This document shows, one piece after another, positions 27,235 to 35,986 of a DNA stretch of 64,000 bases. The position numbers and the translations under genes are program-made. The first letter of the stretch is position 1. Every line of letters begins with the position of its first letter. Under the pieces are notes generated by a model. It was not told the DNA's origin, did not search any database, and was given only the letters and a program-made list of their open reading frames with translations. Source of the stretch: Terriglobia bacterium (GTDB lineage: Bacteria; Acidobacteriota; Terriglobia; Terriglobales; Acidobacteriaceae); NCBI GenBank assembly GCA_963790645.1, contig CAWBPS010000006.1:11405-75404 (forward strand), given 5' to 3'.

Positions 27235-28363
27235 ATGAATGAAGAGCTCGAGCAGGAATACACCGGCCTGAAGGACAAAGTCCGTGATCTCCGGGAGTAC
27301 CTTTGACGCGGACAATCTCCGTGAGCAGCTAGCTGAAATCGAAAAGCAGGCTGCTGACCCGGCTCTGTGGTCGAATCCGCAGAAGTCCCAGCAGGTCATG
27401 CGTCAGAAAAAGCGCCTGGAAAATGTGCTGGCGACCGAAACCGACCTGGTGCGGCGGGGCGACGATATCACCGCTTATTTCGATCTGGGCCGCGAAGGTG
27501 AGAATGTTGAGGCCGACCTGCGCCGCGAGATTGACGGGCTGCGCAACCTGGTTGACCGCCTCGAAACCGAGAGCCTGCTCTCCGGCGAAAATGACGGCCG
27601 CAACGCCATCGTGACCATCCATCCTGGCGCCGGCGGAACCGAATCGCAGGACTGGGCCGACATGCTGCTGCGTATGTATCTCCGCTGGGCGGAGCGCCGC
27701 GGCTTCCCGACTGTTCTCTACGACTACCAGCCCGGTGAAGAGGCCGGACTCAAGTCCGCGACTTTCGCCGTAAATGGCGAGTATGCCTTCGGCCTGTTGA
27801 CCAGCGAAATCGGCGTCCACCGCCTGGTGCGCATTTCGCCCTTCGACCAGGCCAAGCGTCGCCATACTTCGTTTGCCAGCGTGTACGTCTCGCCCGAAAT
27901 CGATGACAGCATTGAAATCGTGATCAAGCCGGAAGAGTTGCGGGTGGACACCTACCGTTCCAGCGGCAAGGGCGGGCAGCACGTGAACACCACCGACTCT
28001 GCGGTGCGTATCACCCATATTCCCACCGGCTTGGTCGCCAGTTGCCAGAACGAGCGCTCGCAGCACAAAAACCGGGAACGGGCCATGAGCATGCTGAAAT
28101 CCAAGCTGTATGAATTTGAGCTGGAGAAAAAACGCGAAGTCACCCGCAAGATTGAAGATTCCAAGCTCGACATCGACTTCGGTTCGCAGATCCGTTCCTA
28201 CGTCCTGCAGCCTTATCGCATGATCAAGGACCACCGGACGAAAATGGAGGTGGGCGACGTGGACCGGGTGCTCGATGGCGACCTCGATCCCTTTATCCGC
28301 GCCTATTTGCGAATGCGGCGGGGGGAGAAGCAGGACGGCAACAGGCAAAACGGCAACAACTAG
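27235..28363 (+). CDS. prfB: Peptide chain release factor 2 (two frames joined by programmed +1 frameshift at 27301-27305)
   Basis: Frame 0 (27235-27303) encodes MNEELEQEYTGLKDKVRDLREYL, then CTT TGA C. The +1 frame continues DADNLREQL... through the SPF and GGQ motifs (SSGKGGQHVNTTDSAVR). Confidence 0.95.
27292..27307 (+). promoter_or_regulatory. prfB autoregulatory +1 frameshift site
   Basis: CGGGAGTAC CTT TGA C: an SD-like GGGAG lies 3 nt before the CUU UGA C slippery/stop context. Confidence 0.9.
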
Positions 28364-28386
28364 AGCTTCAGGAGGAGTTCGAGGTT

Positions 28387-29634
28387 ATGGCCCGCATGAT
28401 CGATCTCATCCGCGCCTCGGCGGTGCCGGCGACCCTGATGCAGTCGGCGGCCAAGGGAGCGCTCTCCGTGCCTCCGCGGGAGATGATTGAAATCCTGGTG
28501 TACCTGGCCGTGCACAGCAAGATCTTCGGCGTGCAGGCGCAACTCACGCTCGCGGGGTGGGAAGAGGCAGCATCGCGGGCGGCGGCCAGCGATCCCACCA
28601 CGCCCAGGGAAGTTCTCGAATATCTGGTTTCGCCGAAAAACCTGCGGCCGGTCCTGCTGCCAGCCCTGCTTGCCAACCCATCGCTGTCCGAAGAGTCGTG
28701 GCTGGAACTGGCGCCGAGCGCCGGCCGCGAACTGGTGGAGGTCATGCTGAAGAGCGAACGCATCACCCAGTCTCCCGGCATTCTCAGTGCGCTCCTGTCC
28801 AATCCGAACCTGAGCGGAATCCAATCGGAGAACATCCGAAACAAGATTGAGCAGGCGACGTCCGCTTCGAGGGAACCCGAGGCAAAAGAACCTGAAGCGC
28901 ATTCCGCGCCGGAAGGCGCAGAGGGAGTATCGGAGGAAGTCTTACAGGCAGCCCCCGCCGACGAAGTCCAGGAAGCAGAAGATGTGCTCGACGAAGGCGT
29001 TCTGGCATATCTGGCCGAGCACGAGAGCGAGATCGCGGCCCACGGTGATCAGCCTTATCAGCCAATCGGGGGGATTCACGAAGAAATCCCGGCTGATGAA
29101 CCCCTGGCAGCAGCGGCAACCACCGTCACCGCATCCGCCGGGAAGGCGACCGGAGCAGCGGCCAAGAAAGCGCCGATCAAGAAAACTAACTTGAATCCCA
29201 CGGAGGAACGGGGAAGCGCGTTGCAGAAGATTGCCAAGCTGGACATCAAAGGGCGAATTCAGCTGGCCATGAAAGGCTCCAAGGAAGAACGGTCCCTGCT
29301 CATCCGCGATGGCACCAAGATCGTCGCCCTGGCGGTGCTGGAATCGCCCAAGGTCAGCGACGGTGAAGTGGAGAGATTTGCCACCCAGAAGAACGTGCTG
29401 GAGGCGGTGCTTCGCGGCATCCCGATGAAGCGGCGTTTCGCCAAGAATTACGCCATCGTCCGCAACCTGGTATTCAACCCGCGCACCCCGCTGGACCTCT
29501 CGCTAGGACTGATGAAGAACATGCTGGTAGGCGACCTTCGTAACCTCTCCAACAACAAAGAAATTTCAGACACGGTCCGCAAGCTGGCCACCAAGATGTT
29601 CAAGCAGAAGATGGACACTAACAGCAAGCGCTAA
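28387..29634 (+). CDS. Hypothetical helical-repeat protein
   Basis: 415 aa. It has repeated PRE(M/V)(I/L)E(I/Y)LV and LL(A/S)NP(S/N)LS motifs, an acidic linker and a basic C-terminal domain. No family recognised. Confidence 0.55.
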   Translation: MARMIDLIRASAVPATLMQSAAKGALSVPPREMIEILVYLAVHSKIFGVQAQLTLAGWEEAASRAAASDPTTPREVLEYLVSPKNLRPVLLPALLANPSLSEESWLELAPSAGRELVEVMLKSERITQSPGILSALLSNPNLSGIQSENIRNKIEQATSASREPEAKEPEAHSAPEGAEGVSEEVLQAAPADEVQEAEDVLDEGVLAYLAEHESEIAAHGDQPYQPIGGIHEEIPADEPLAAAATTVTASAGKATGAAAKKAPIKKTNLNPTEERGSALQKIAKLDIKGRIQLAMKGSKEERSLLIRDGTKIVALAVLESPKVSDGEVERFATQKNVLEAVLRGIPMKRRFAKNYAIVRNLVFNPRTPLDLSLGLMKNMLVGDLRNLSNNKEISDTVRKLATKMFKQKMDTNSKR

Positions 29635-29639
29635 AGAAT

Positions 29640-29774
29640 CACGTGGGGACAGCGCGCCCCGGCTGTCCGGTCGAGTGAAACTCGACAAGTTTTTATCTTT
29701 GCCAGGCACCGCACGGTCGACACCACAGCGGAGCTTCGCTCCGCCGGACCGCCGGGGGCGGCTGTCCCCACGTG
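29640..29774. repeat. Family B REP-like element, intact copy B2
   Basis: The termini are CACGTGGGGACAGCG...GCTGTCCCCACGTG. Internal hairpins are GTCGAGT GAA ACTCGAC and GCGGAGC TTCG CTCCGC. Confidence 0.85.
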
Positions 29775-29819
29775 GTCTTTTACTGGACTGGCTTTCCCTG
29801 GCAACACTACAATCGCGGC

Positions 29820-30233
29820 ATGGCTTCCCTGCCTGAGTCCGATCCCATCGCTGACCTGCTCAAGCGCTCCCGCACCATCGCGGTCGTGGGGCTCTCCAAC
29901 AGCCCGCTGCGTCCCAGCCACGGAGTTTCCGCCTATATGCAGACGCAGGGCTACCGCATCATTCCGGTGAATCCGAACATCCATGGATCTCTGGGAGAGA
30001 AGGCGTACCCGTCGCTGCTCGAGGTCCCGGAGAAGATCGATATCGTGAATATCTTCCGCCGGTCAGAGTTTGTGGACGACGCGGTCGATCAGGCCATCCG
30101 GCTGAAGGTGCCGGTGATCTGGATGCAAGAAGGGGTGGTCAACGAGAGTGCCGCCCAGAAGGCCCGCGGGGCAGGCATCTTCGTGATTATGGACCGCTGC
30201 ATTCTGAAAGAGCACAAAGCGCGCTTCGGGTGA
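29820..30233 (+). CDS. CoA-binding domain protein (YccU/YneT-like)
   Basis: SRTIAVVGLSNSPLRPSHGVSAYMQTQGYRIIPVNP is the CoA_binding_2 signature. ATG at 29820 chosen. Confidence 0.85.
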   Translation: MASLPESDPIADLLKRSRTIAVVGLSNSPLRPSHGVSAYMQTQGYRIIPVNPNIHGSLGEKAYPSLLEVPEKIDIVNIFRRSEFVDDAVDQAIRLKVPVIWMQEGVVNESAAQKARGAGIFVIMDRCILKEHKARFG

Positions 30234-30263
30234 TTCCGGCACGACCTCACGAACGCCTCGAAC

Positions 30264-30428
30264 CACGTAGGCCCGGACGCCCTCGTCCGGGCGGGCGAGC
30301 GGAGCTCGCCGGTTGTTGAGTGCCGAAACGAACGCGCTCCCAAACCGCGCTCGCGCATCGGTGATTCCTGGAGTACACAGGAGCGGAGCTTCGCTCCGCC
30401 GGGCGGGTGAGACACCCGCCCCTACGTG
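30264..30428. repeat. Family D REP/BIME-like element, copy D1
   Basis: The element reads CACGTAGG-[CCCGGACG CCC TCGTCCGGG]-CGGGCGAGCGGAGCTCGCC ... GCGGAGC TTCG CTCCGC-[GGGCGGGTG AGA CACCCGCCC]-CTACGTG. Confidence 0.85.
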
Positions 30429-30447
30429 TTCTGTGGTGGAATTGCTC

Positions 30448-31716
30448 TTATGCCCGGACGAAAATTACGGTTGCGTCATCCTGGAAGCCCTGGCCATTGG
30501 CAAAGACTCGTACATCGGCCAGGATGCTCTCCGCGGAGGATTCCGGCTGCAACACGTGGTCCCGCATGCGCTCCGCACCGTACTCTTCGTCGGACAGGCC
30601 GGTGGCTTCCGTAATTCCGTCGCTGTAGAAAACCAGCCGCGAGTCTTTGGAGAGCTGCACCCGGCTCTCGGAGAATTCACCTGTACCCAGGCCCAGCGGC
30701 ATGCCGCGTTCGCTGTCCAGAAAGCGCGCGCCTTGCTCATCGATCAGCAGCGGTCGCAGATGGCCGGCGCTGGAGAACGTCAACTCCCGCGTGGTCGGAT
30801 TCAGCACGGCCAACAGCATGGTGACGAATTTGCCGGAGGGGAAATCCTCCACCAGCAGGCGATTCAGGCGAGTAAGGACTTCGCCCGGTCCGCTGCAGGT
30901 CTGCGTCAGAGACCGCAACATCCCGCGCGTGGCGGACATCAGGAGGGCCGCCGCAGTTCCCTTCCCGGAAACGTCAGCCAGCACCAGGCCCCAGCATCCA
31001 TCGTCGAAAGAAATGAAATCGTACCAGTCGCCGCCCACCGCGCCTGCGGGGATGGACAGCCCGGAAATAGCGAATCCCGGAATGAACGGAGAACTCTTGG
31101 GCAGCAGCGCCTGCTGGATGGCGCGCGCCTCGTGTGCCTCCTGGCTCATGCGCTCGCGCTCATGGCGTTCATGCTGGAAGCGCCGCGCGTTGTGCACAGC
31201 GACAGCAACGTGGTCGCACAAACTCTGCAACCAGCGCAGATGCTCGCGGGTGAAAGCGTCCAGGTCGTGATGCGACGCCGCAAAGACGCCCACCAGCTGA
31301 CCATCCACCAATAAGGGAATGGCCACCTCGGAAAGCGTCGATTCCTCGCACGCGATGTAGTACGGGTCCTGGCGTACATCCGGCGCATACCGCATCTGGC
31401 GGGTAGCGGCTACGTAGCCCACCATCCCTTCCGTGCCCACCTTCAGCCTCGAACCCTTGCCGTGAACGGTGCAGCCGTGGACGCCGGCCATCTCCAACTC
31501 CCCCCGCTCCTGGTCGTGCAAATAGATGTTGGTTTCCACGCAGCAGAAGCTCGTGGCCACATCGTCCACAATCTTGTGGATCAGCTCGTCCAGATCGAGG
31601 ATGGAGGAAATCTTCTGCGCCCATTTCTGCAATTTGAGCAGGTGGTCAACCTGATCGAGCTGTACGGGGCGGGCGGCGACCGGCTCCGGAACGATAGGTC
31701 TTGGGCTCGTGGCCAT
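30448..31716 (-). CDS. GAF-domain SpoIIE/PP2C-family protein phosphatase
   Basis: An N-terminal GAF domain is followed by a PP2C-like domain (GGDWYDFI...LADVSGKG...GDRLVFYSDGITEA). Confidence 0.85.
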   Translation of the reverse strand: MATSPRPIVPEPVAARPVQLDQVDHLLKLQKWAQKISSILDLDELIHKIVDDVATSFCCVETNIYLHDQERGELEMAGVHGCTVHGKGSRLKVGTEGMVGYVAATRQMRYAPDVRQDPYYIACEESTLSEVAIPLLVDGQLVGVFAASHHDLDAFTREHLRWLQSLCDHVAVAVHNARRFQHERHERERMSQEAHEARAIQQALLPKSSPFIPGFAISGLSIPAGAVGGDWYDFISFDDGCWGLVLADVSGKGTAAALLMSATRGMLRSLTQTCSGPGEVLTRLNRLLVEDFPSGKFVTMLLAVLNPTTRELTFSSAGHLRPLLIDEQGARFLDSERGMPLGLGTGEFSESRVQLSKDSRLVFYSDGITEATGLSDEEYGAERMRDHVLQPESSAESILADVRVFANGQGFQDDATVIFVRA

Positions 31717-31782
31717 GGGATCCAGCCTCCTTAGAAGAAGTACAGCAAGGGAAAGAGCTTACACAGCATCAGATGCGCCGGC

Positions 31783-33159
31783 CTAGGCGCCGGATTCTGT
31801 TTTCGGAAGGCGGGAGGCAGCCTTCTGGGAGCGCCGCCGTTTGATCTCTTCCATCCGCTCCCCGATGCGCTTTTCCAGCCCTTCGCTGGTGGGCTGATAA
31901 TAAACCCGGCCGGCCAGGTTGTCAGGGAGACACTGCATGTCAGCCACTTTGTCTTCCAGATCATGGGCGTACTGATAGCCCTGGCCATAGCCCAACCCCT
32001 TCATCAATCCCGTAGGCGCGTTGCGCAAGTGCAGTGGCACAGGCTCCGCGACGGTGCGTTCCACGTCGCCCAGAATGGCCCCGTAGGCGGTGTACAACGC
32101 ATTGGACTTGGGTGCCACCGACAAATACACCACGGCTTGCGCCAGGGCCAGGTTCCCTTCCGGCATGCCGAGAAAATCCACGGCATCGCGGGCGGCCATG
32201 CATTGCGAAAGCGCATTGGGATCGGCCAGGCCGATGTCCTCGACCGCCATGCGCACCACCCGGCGTGCGATGTACAAGGGATCTTCGCCGGCTTCGAGCA
32301 TTCGTCCCAGCCAGTACAGGGCCGCATCGGGATCGCTGTTGCGCACCGATTTGTGCAGCGCTGAGATGAGGTTGTAATGTTCCTCTCCGGCTTTGTCGTA
32401 GCGCAAGACCCGCTTTTGCAGGGCGTCCTGGACCAGGTCGTCGGAAATTTCCGCGCCCGTCTCTTTGTGGTCGCGGCCGACGGCCAGCGAGGCGGCCACT
32501 TCCAGCACGTTGTAGGCGCTGCGAGCGTCGCCGCTGGAGTAGGCCGCGATTTTTTTCAGGACGTCGTCGGACGCCTGCAGCTTCATCGCGCCCAGCCCGC
32601 GTTCTTCATCACTCAAGGCGCGTTTCAGCAGCTCGACAATCTGTTCTTCAGTCAGCGGCTTGAGCACGTACACCCGGCTGCGGGAAAGCAGCGCGGAAAT
32701 GATTTCGAACGAGGGATTCTCCGTAGTGGCGCCAATCAGGCGGATGTTGCCTTTCTCCACGTGGGGCAGGAACGCATCCTGCTGGGCCTTGTTGAAGCGG
32801 TGGATTTCATCGATGAACACGATCGTGCGCGTGCCGTACTGCTTGGCGCGCTCGGCGTCGGCCATGACCTGCTTGATTTCCTTGATGCCGGTGAGCACGG
32901 CGGAGAATTCGACAAACTCCGCCTTGGTGAGGCGCGCGATGATCTGCGCCAGCGTGGTCTTGCCGGTGCCGGGCGGCCCCCAGAAGATGAGCGAGCCGAT
33001 GTCGTCGCGCTCGATTTGTGTACGCAGCGGCTTGCCCGGACCGACCAGGTGTTCCTGGCCGACGAATTCATCGAGCGTGCGGGGACGCATGCGATCCGCC
33101 AGGGGGCGGGTGCGGTCGCCGGGATTTTCGCCGCTCGGGATGGTTGGGAACAGACTCAT
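31783..33159 (-). CDS. rarA: Replication-associated recombination protein A (AAA+ ATPase)
   Basis: RPRTLDEFVGQEHL, Walker A GPPGTGKTT, Walker B FIDEIHRFNK, and the C-terminal MgsA domain (HYNLISALHKSVRNSDPDAALYWL). Confidence 0.95.
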   Translation of the reverse strand: MSLFPTIPSGENPGDRTRPLADRMRPRTLDEFVGQEHLVGPGKPLRTQIERDDIGSLIFWGPPGTGKTTLAQIIARLTKAEFVEFSAVLTGIKEIKQVMADAERAKQYGTRTIVFIDEIHRFNKAQQDAFLPHVEKGNIRLIGATTENPSFEIISALLSRSRVYVLKPLTEEQIVELLKRALSDEERGLGAMKLQASDDVLKKIAAYSSGDARSAYNVLEVAASLAVGRDHKETGAEISDDLVQDALQKRVLRYDKAGEEHYNLISALHKSVRNSDPDAALYWLGRMLEAGEDPLYIARRVVRMAVEDIGLADPNALSQCMAARDAVDFLGMPEGNLALAQAVVYLSVAPKSNALYTAYGAILGDVERTVAEPVPLHLRNAPTGLMKGLGYGQGYQYAHDLEDKVADMQCLPDNLAGRVYYQPTSEGLEKRIGERMEEIKRRRSQKAASRLPKTESGA

Positions 33160-33170
33160 GCAAAAACCAC

Positions 33171-33203
33171 TTCACCACAGAGGCACAGAGTCACAGAGAA
33201 AAC
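33171..33203. repeat. CACAGAG octamer repeat, left flank of the GxxExxY gene
   Basis: TTCACCACAGAGGCACAGAGTCACAGAGAAAAC. It is inverted relative to 33610-33641. Confidence 0.8.
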
Positions 33204-33231
33204 CCGGAAAATTCTTTTAAAAACCCATCAT

Positions 33232-33651
33232 TCAAAGAACTCTTCTGATTATGCCTTGCGTCAACAAGGGCACGTTGAAGTTGATCAGAAGGCCGACTCT
33301 CTTGCCGGTCAATTTCAGGTAAGTCAAGAGCTGTGCCTCGTGGATTGGTAGAAGTCTTTCGACTGCTTTCAATTCCAGGAGGACCTCGTCTTGCACGATC
33401 AAGTCGATCTTGTACCCGCAGTCCAATTTGAGCCCCTTATAGAGCAGGGGCAGTGGCACTTGACGTTTGCAGTCTAAGCCGCGGAGATGGAGTTCGTGGC
33501 ACAGACACTCCTCATATGCCGACTCAAGGAGTCCCGGACCCAAGTTGCGGTGCACCTCGACGGCGGCGGCGCCGATGATAGGGCTGGTTCTGGGATCCTT
33601 TCCGTCTTCGATTTCTCTGTGTCTCTGTGTCTCTGTGGTGATAAGCCTCAC
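33232..33651 (-). CDS. GxxExxY family protein (PD-(D/E)XK-like)
   Basis: [25 protein letters not shown]...DLIV...LELKAV are family hallmarks. The first roughly 12 codons (TTETQRHRE) are encoded by the CACAGAG repeat. Confidence 0.85.
   Translation of the reverse strand: [139 protein letters not shown]
33610..33641. repeat. CACAGAG octamer repeat, right flank of the GxxExxY gene (inside its 5' end)
   Basis: GATTTCTCTGTGTCTCTGTGTCTCTGTGGTGA is the reverse complement of TCACCACAGAGACACAGAGACACAGAGAAATC. Confidence 0.8.
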
Positions 33652-34481
33652 CGCTTTTGCCTCATTACTTCATACAACACGATACTCGCCGCCACGCCCA
33701 CGTTAAGCGACTCCACCTGCACCGCCTGCGGAATAGCCAAGACCTCATCCATTTGTTGGATGAGGTCCCGGGACAACCCTGCGCCTTCGCTGCCGATAAA
33801 AATAGCCAGCGGCCCGGACAGTTTGGCCTGATCGAGCAACGTACCCTTGTGCGATGCCGTGCCTACCAGGCGCAAGCCTTGATCTTTCATCCCAACCACG
33901 ACTTCGGATAATTTTGCCCGCGCCAGCGGCAGCCGGAATACCGAGCCTGCCGAGGCCCGCACAACTTTGGGATTGTATGGGCTGACCGTGCCCTCTCCCA
34001 GCAGAACGCCACCGGCGCCGAAGGCTTCAGCGGAACGCAGGATTGTCCCCAAATTTCCCGGGTCCTGCACTCCAGCGATGACCAGAATTGGTCCTGCCGG
34101 TGACTTGGCCAGTACGTCCTCCAGTGAGAATTCCTTCCAGCGTGCCAGCGCGGCCACGCCCTGGGGAGCGTCGCTGGGGATGGCGCTCGAAAACAGCTTG
34201 TCGGGCAGCAGCAGAGTCTCCACCTGGGCTCCCAGCTGGGAGAGCAGCTTGTCGGCCCGGGGTCCCGCCGATTCGCTGAAGAATACCGCCCGGAACCGGA
34301 GCCCGCTGCGAATGGCTTCTTCCAAAATGCGAAAGCCTTCGATGGCGCAATAACCATCGGAGGTGATGTCTCCTCGGGAGAAGGCCGCGCGCAACTCTTT
34401 GACCAGAGCGTTGTGGCGTCCCTCGATGCGGCGCAGTCGGGTATTCAGGACCTGGGCGCCCGTGGCTGTGGTTTTCTTCAT
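33648..34481 (-). CDS. TrmH/SpoU-family RNA 2'-O-methyltransferase (RlmB-like)
   Basis: SpoU motifs are present (GVQDPGNLGTILRSAEAFG, IFIGSEGAGLS, IPQAVQVESLNVGVAASIVLYE). Confidence 0.85.
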   Translation of the reverse strand: MKKTTATGAQVLNTRLRRIEGRHNALVKELRAAFSRGDITSDGYCAIEGFRILEEAIRSGLRFRAVFFSESAGPRADKLLSQLGAQVETLLLPDKLFSSAIPSDAPQGVAALARWKEFSLEDVLAKSPAGPILVIAGVQDPGNLGTILRSAEAFGAGGVLLGEGTVSPYNPKVVRASAGSVFRLPLARAKLSEVVVGMKDQGLRLVGTASHKGTLLDQAKLSGPLAIFIGSEGAGLSRDLIQQMDEVLAIPQAVQVESLNVGVAASIVLYEVMRQKR

Positions 34482-34543
34482 GTTCGCGCGTGTGCGCTGA
34501 GAATCATACCTGTTCTACTCGGCTTTCTGCGCTTTCCCATGTT

Positions 34544-35239
34544 ATGTTTAACTTTCGCGATTTCAACACTTGGGGCAGGAAGGGACCTGCAGTGCGTGTA
34601 GAAATTGTCAAGATTAACTGCGATAACCCGGAAGCATCACTGATCCGCTACGCGGCGGACCAGATTCGCGCCGGCGAAGTGCTGGGCATGCCGACCGATA
34701 CCTTTTACGGGCTGGCGGCCGATCCGTTTAACCTGCGCGCTGTGGACCGGGTATATGACATCAAGTCGCGCTCGCGCCATAAACCGCTGTCGTTGCTGAT
34801 TGCGGACGTGGACCAGGCCGAACAACTGGCGCAGGACCTGACGGAAGAGTTTTACGCCCTGGCGCGGCGTTTCTGGCCGGGACCGCTCACCATCATCGTG
34901 AAGGCCTCTTCGCGGCTTCCCCTCAAAGTGACGGCCAACACCGGCAACGTCGCGCTGCGCGTCCCCAAGGCCCCGATTCCGCTGGCGGTGGTGCAGGCGG
35001 CGCAGATTCCGATTACCGCCACTTCCGCCAACCTGAGCGGCGAATCCGAGTGCACGACTGCGCTGGCCGTCCGCGATCAGCTCCAGGACCGCATTGCGAT
35101 CATCGTCGATGGCGGCACTTCGCCGCGGGAAGTGGCTTCGACCATCATCGACCTCACCGACGAAGAGGCGCGCTGGCGCATCATGCGGGAAGGCGCCATT
35201 CCCGCCCAGGAGATTTCCGAGTTTTTCGCGCAAGGATGA
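34544..35239 (+). CDS. tsaC: L-threonylcarbamoyladenylate synthase (YrdC/Sua5 domain)
   Basis: GMPTDTFYGLAADPFN, RSRHKPLSLLI, FWPGPLTII, ITATSANLSG. The start is either ATG 34544 or GTG 34592. Confidence 0.85.
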   Translation: MFNFRDFNTWGRKGPAVRVEIVKINCDNPEASLIRYAADQIRAGEVLGMPTDTFYGLAADPFNLRAVDRVYDIKSRSRHKPLSLLIADVDQAEQLAQDLTEEFYALARRFWPGPLTIIVKASSRLPLKVTANTGNVALRVPKAPIPLAVVQAAQIPITATSANLSGESECTTALAVRDQLQDRIAIIVDGGTSPREVASTIIDLTDEEARWRIMREGAIPAQEISEFFAQG

Positions 35240-35853
35240 ACGTGGCAGCGAAGCGGCGTCAGCGAACCCTTTGGCTTTTGTGGGCGGTGGCGCTGGCTGT
35301 TGCGGTAGTCGCGGTCTTCCTCGGAATCACCAGCATTCAGATCGTGCGCGAATCCGGCTTGCAGGAAGTTCATCCCTCCGGCGCTATCGTGGTTTTCGGG
35401 GCAGCCCAATATGCCGGACGCCCGTCGCCTGTGTTCCGTGCCCGGCTGGACCACGCCTACGACTTGTTCCAGCGCGGCGTTGCGCCGGTGGTCATCACCA
35501 CCGGAGGCTCAGGAGATGATCCCACTTTCAGCGAAGGCGGCGTCGGACACGACTATCTGATGCATCGCGGCATTCCCGAACCCAGGCTGATCGCTGAAAC
35601 CCAGGGCTCAGACACGGCTTCCTCGGCGGAACGGGTGGCCGTGATCATGCGCACCAACCGGATGCGCAGCTGCGTAGCGGTCAGCGACGCCTACCACGTG
35701 TTCCGCATCCGCAAGTTGCTGGAGCACGAAGGCGTGCGGGTTTACGTGGCGCCGCGCCCGGACTCTCGCCCGCGCTCGGTCTGGCAACGAGCGTTGGCGG
35801 TCCTGCGCGAAGCCGCCAGCTATACGGCATGGCGGCTGCATATTCCAGCGTAG
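35236..35853 (+). CDS. YdcF/ElyC family protein (DUF218)
   Basis: ATGA overlap with the tsaC stop. It has a signal-anchor and the DUF218 core (IVVFGAAQYAGRPSPVFRARLDHA...VITTGG...VSDAYHVFR). Confidence 0.8.
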   Translation: MNVAAKRRQRTLWLLWAVALAVAVVAVFLGITSIQIVRESGLQEVHPSGAIVVFGAAQYAGRPSPVFRARLDHAYDLFQRGVAPVVITTGGSGDDPTFSEGGVGHDYLMHRGIPEPRLIAETQGSDTASSAERVAVIMRTNRMRSCVAVSDAYHVFRIRKLLEHEGVRVYVAPRPDSRPRSVWQRALAVLREAASYTAWRLHIPA

Positions 35854-35861
35854 CCACGAAC

Positions 35862-35986
35862 CACGTAGGGGCGGGTGCCCTCACCTGTCCGGCCGGGCAA
35901 AGCCCGGCAAGGTTTTCTGCTGACACTATCTTAAACCCAAGGCGAGCTGCGCTCGCCCGCCCGGACGAGGCGTCCGGGCCTACGTG
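35862..35986. repeat. Family D element, copy D3 (inverted relative to D2)
   Basis: Its reverse complement aligns with 37151-37277 over the whole length, at roughly 85% identity by eye. The terminus CCTACGTGG overlaps the last codons and the TAG stop of murG. Confidence 0.85.
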
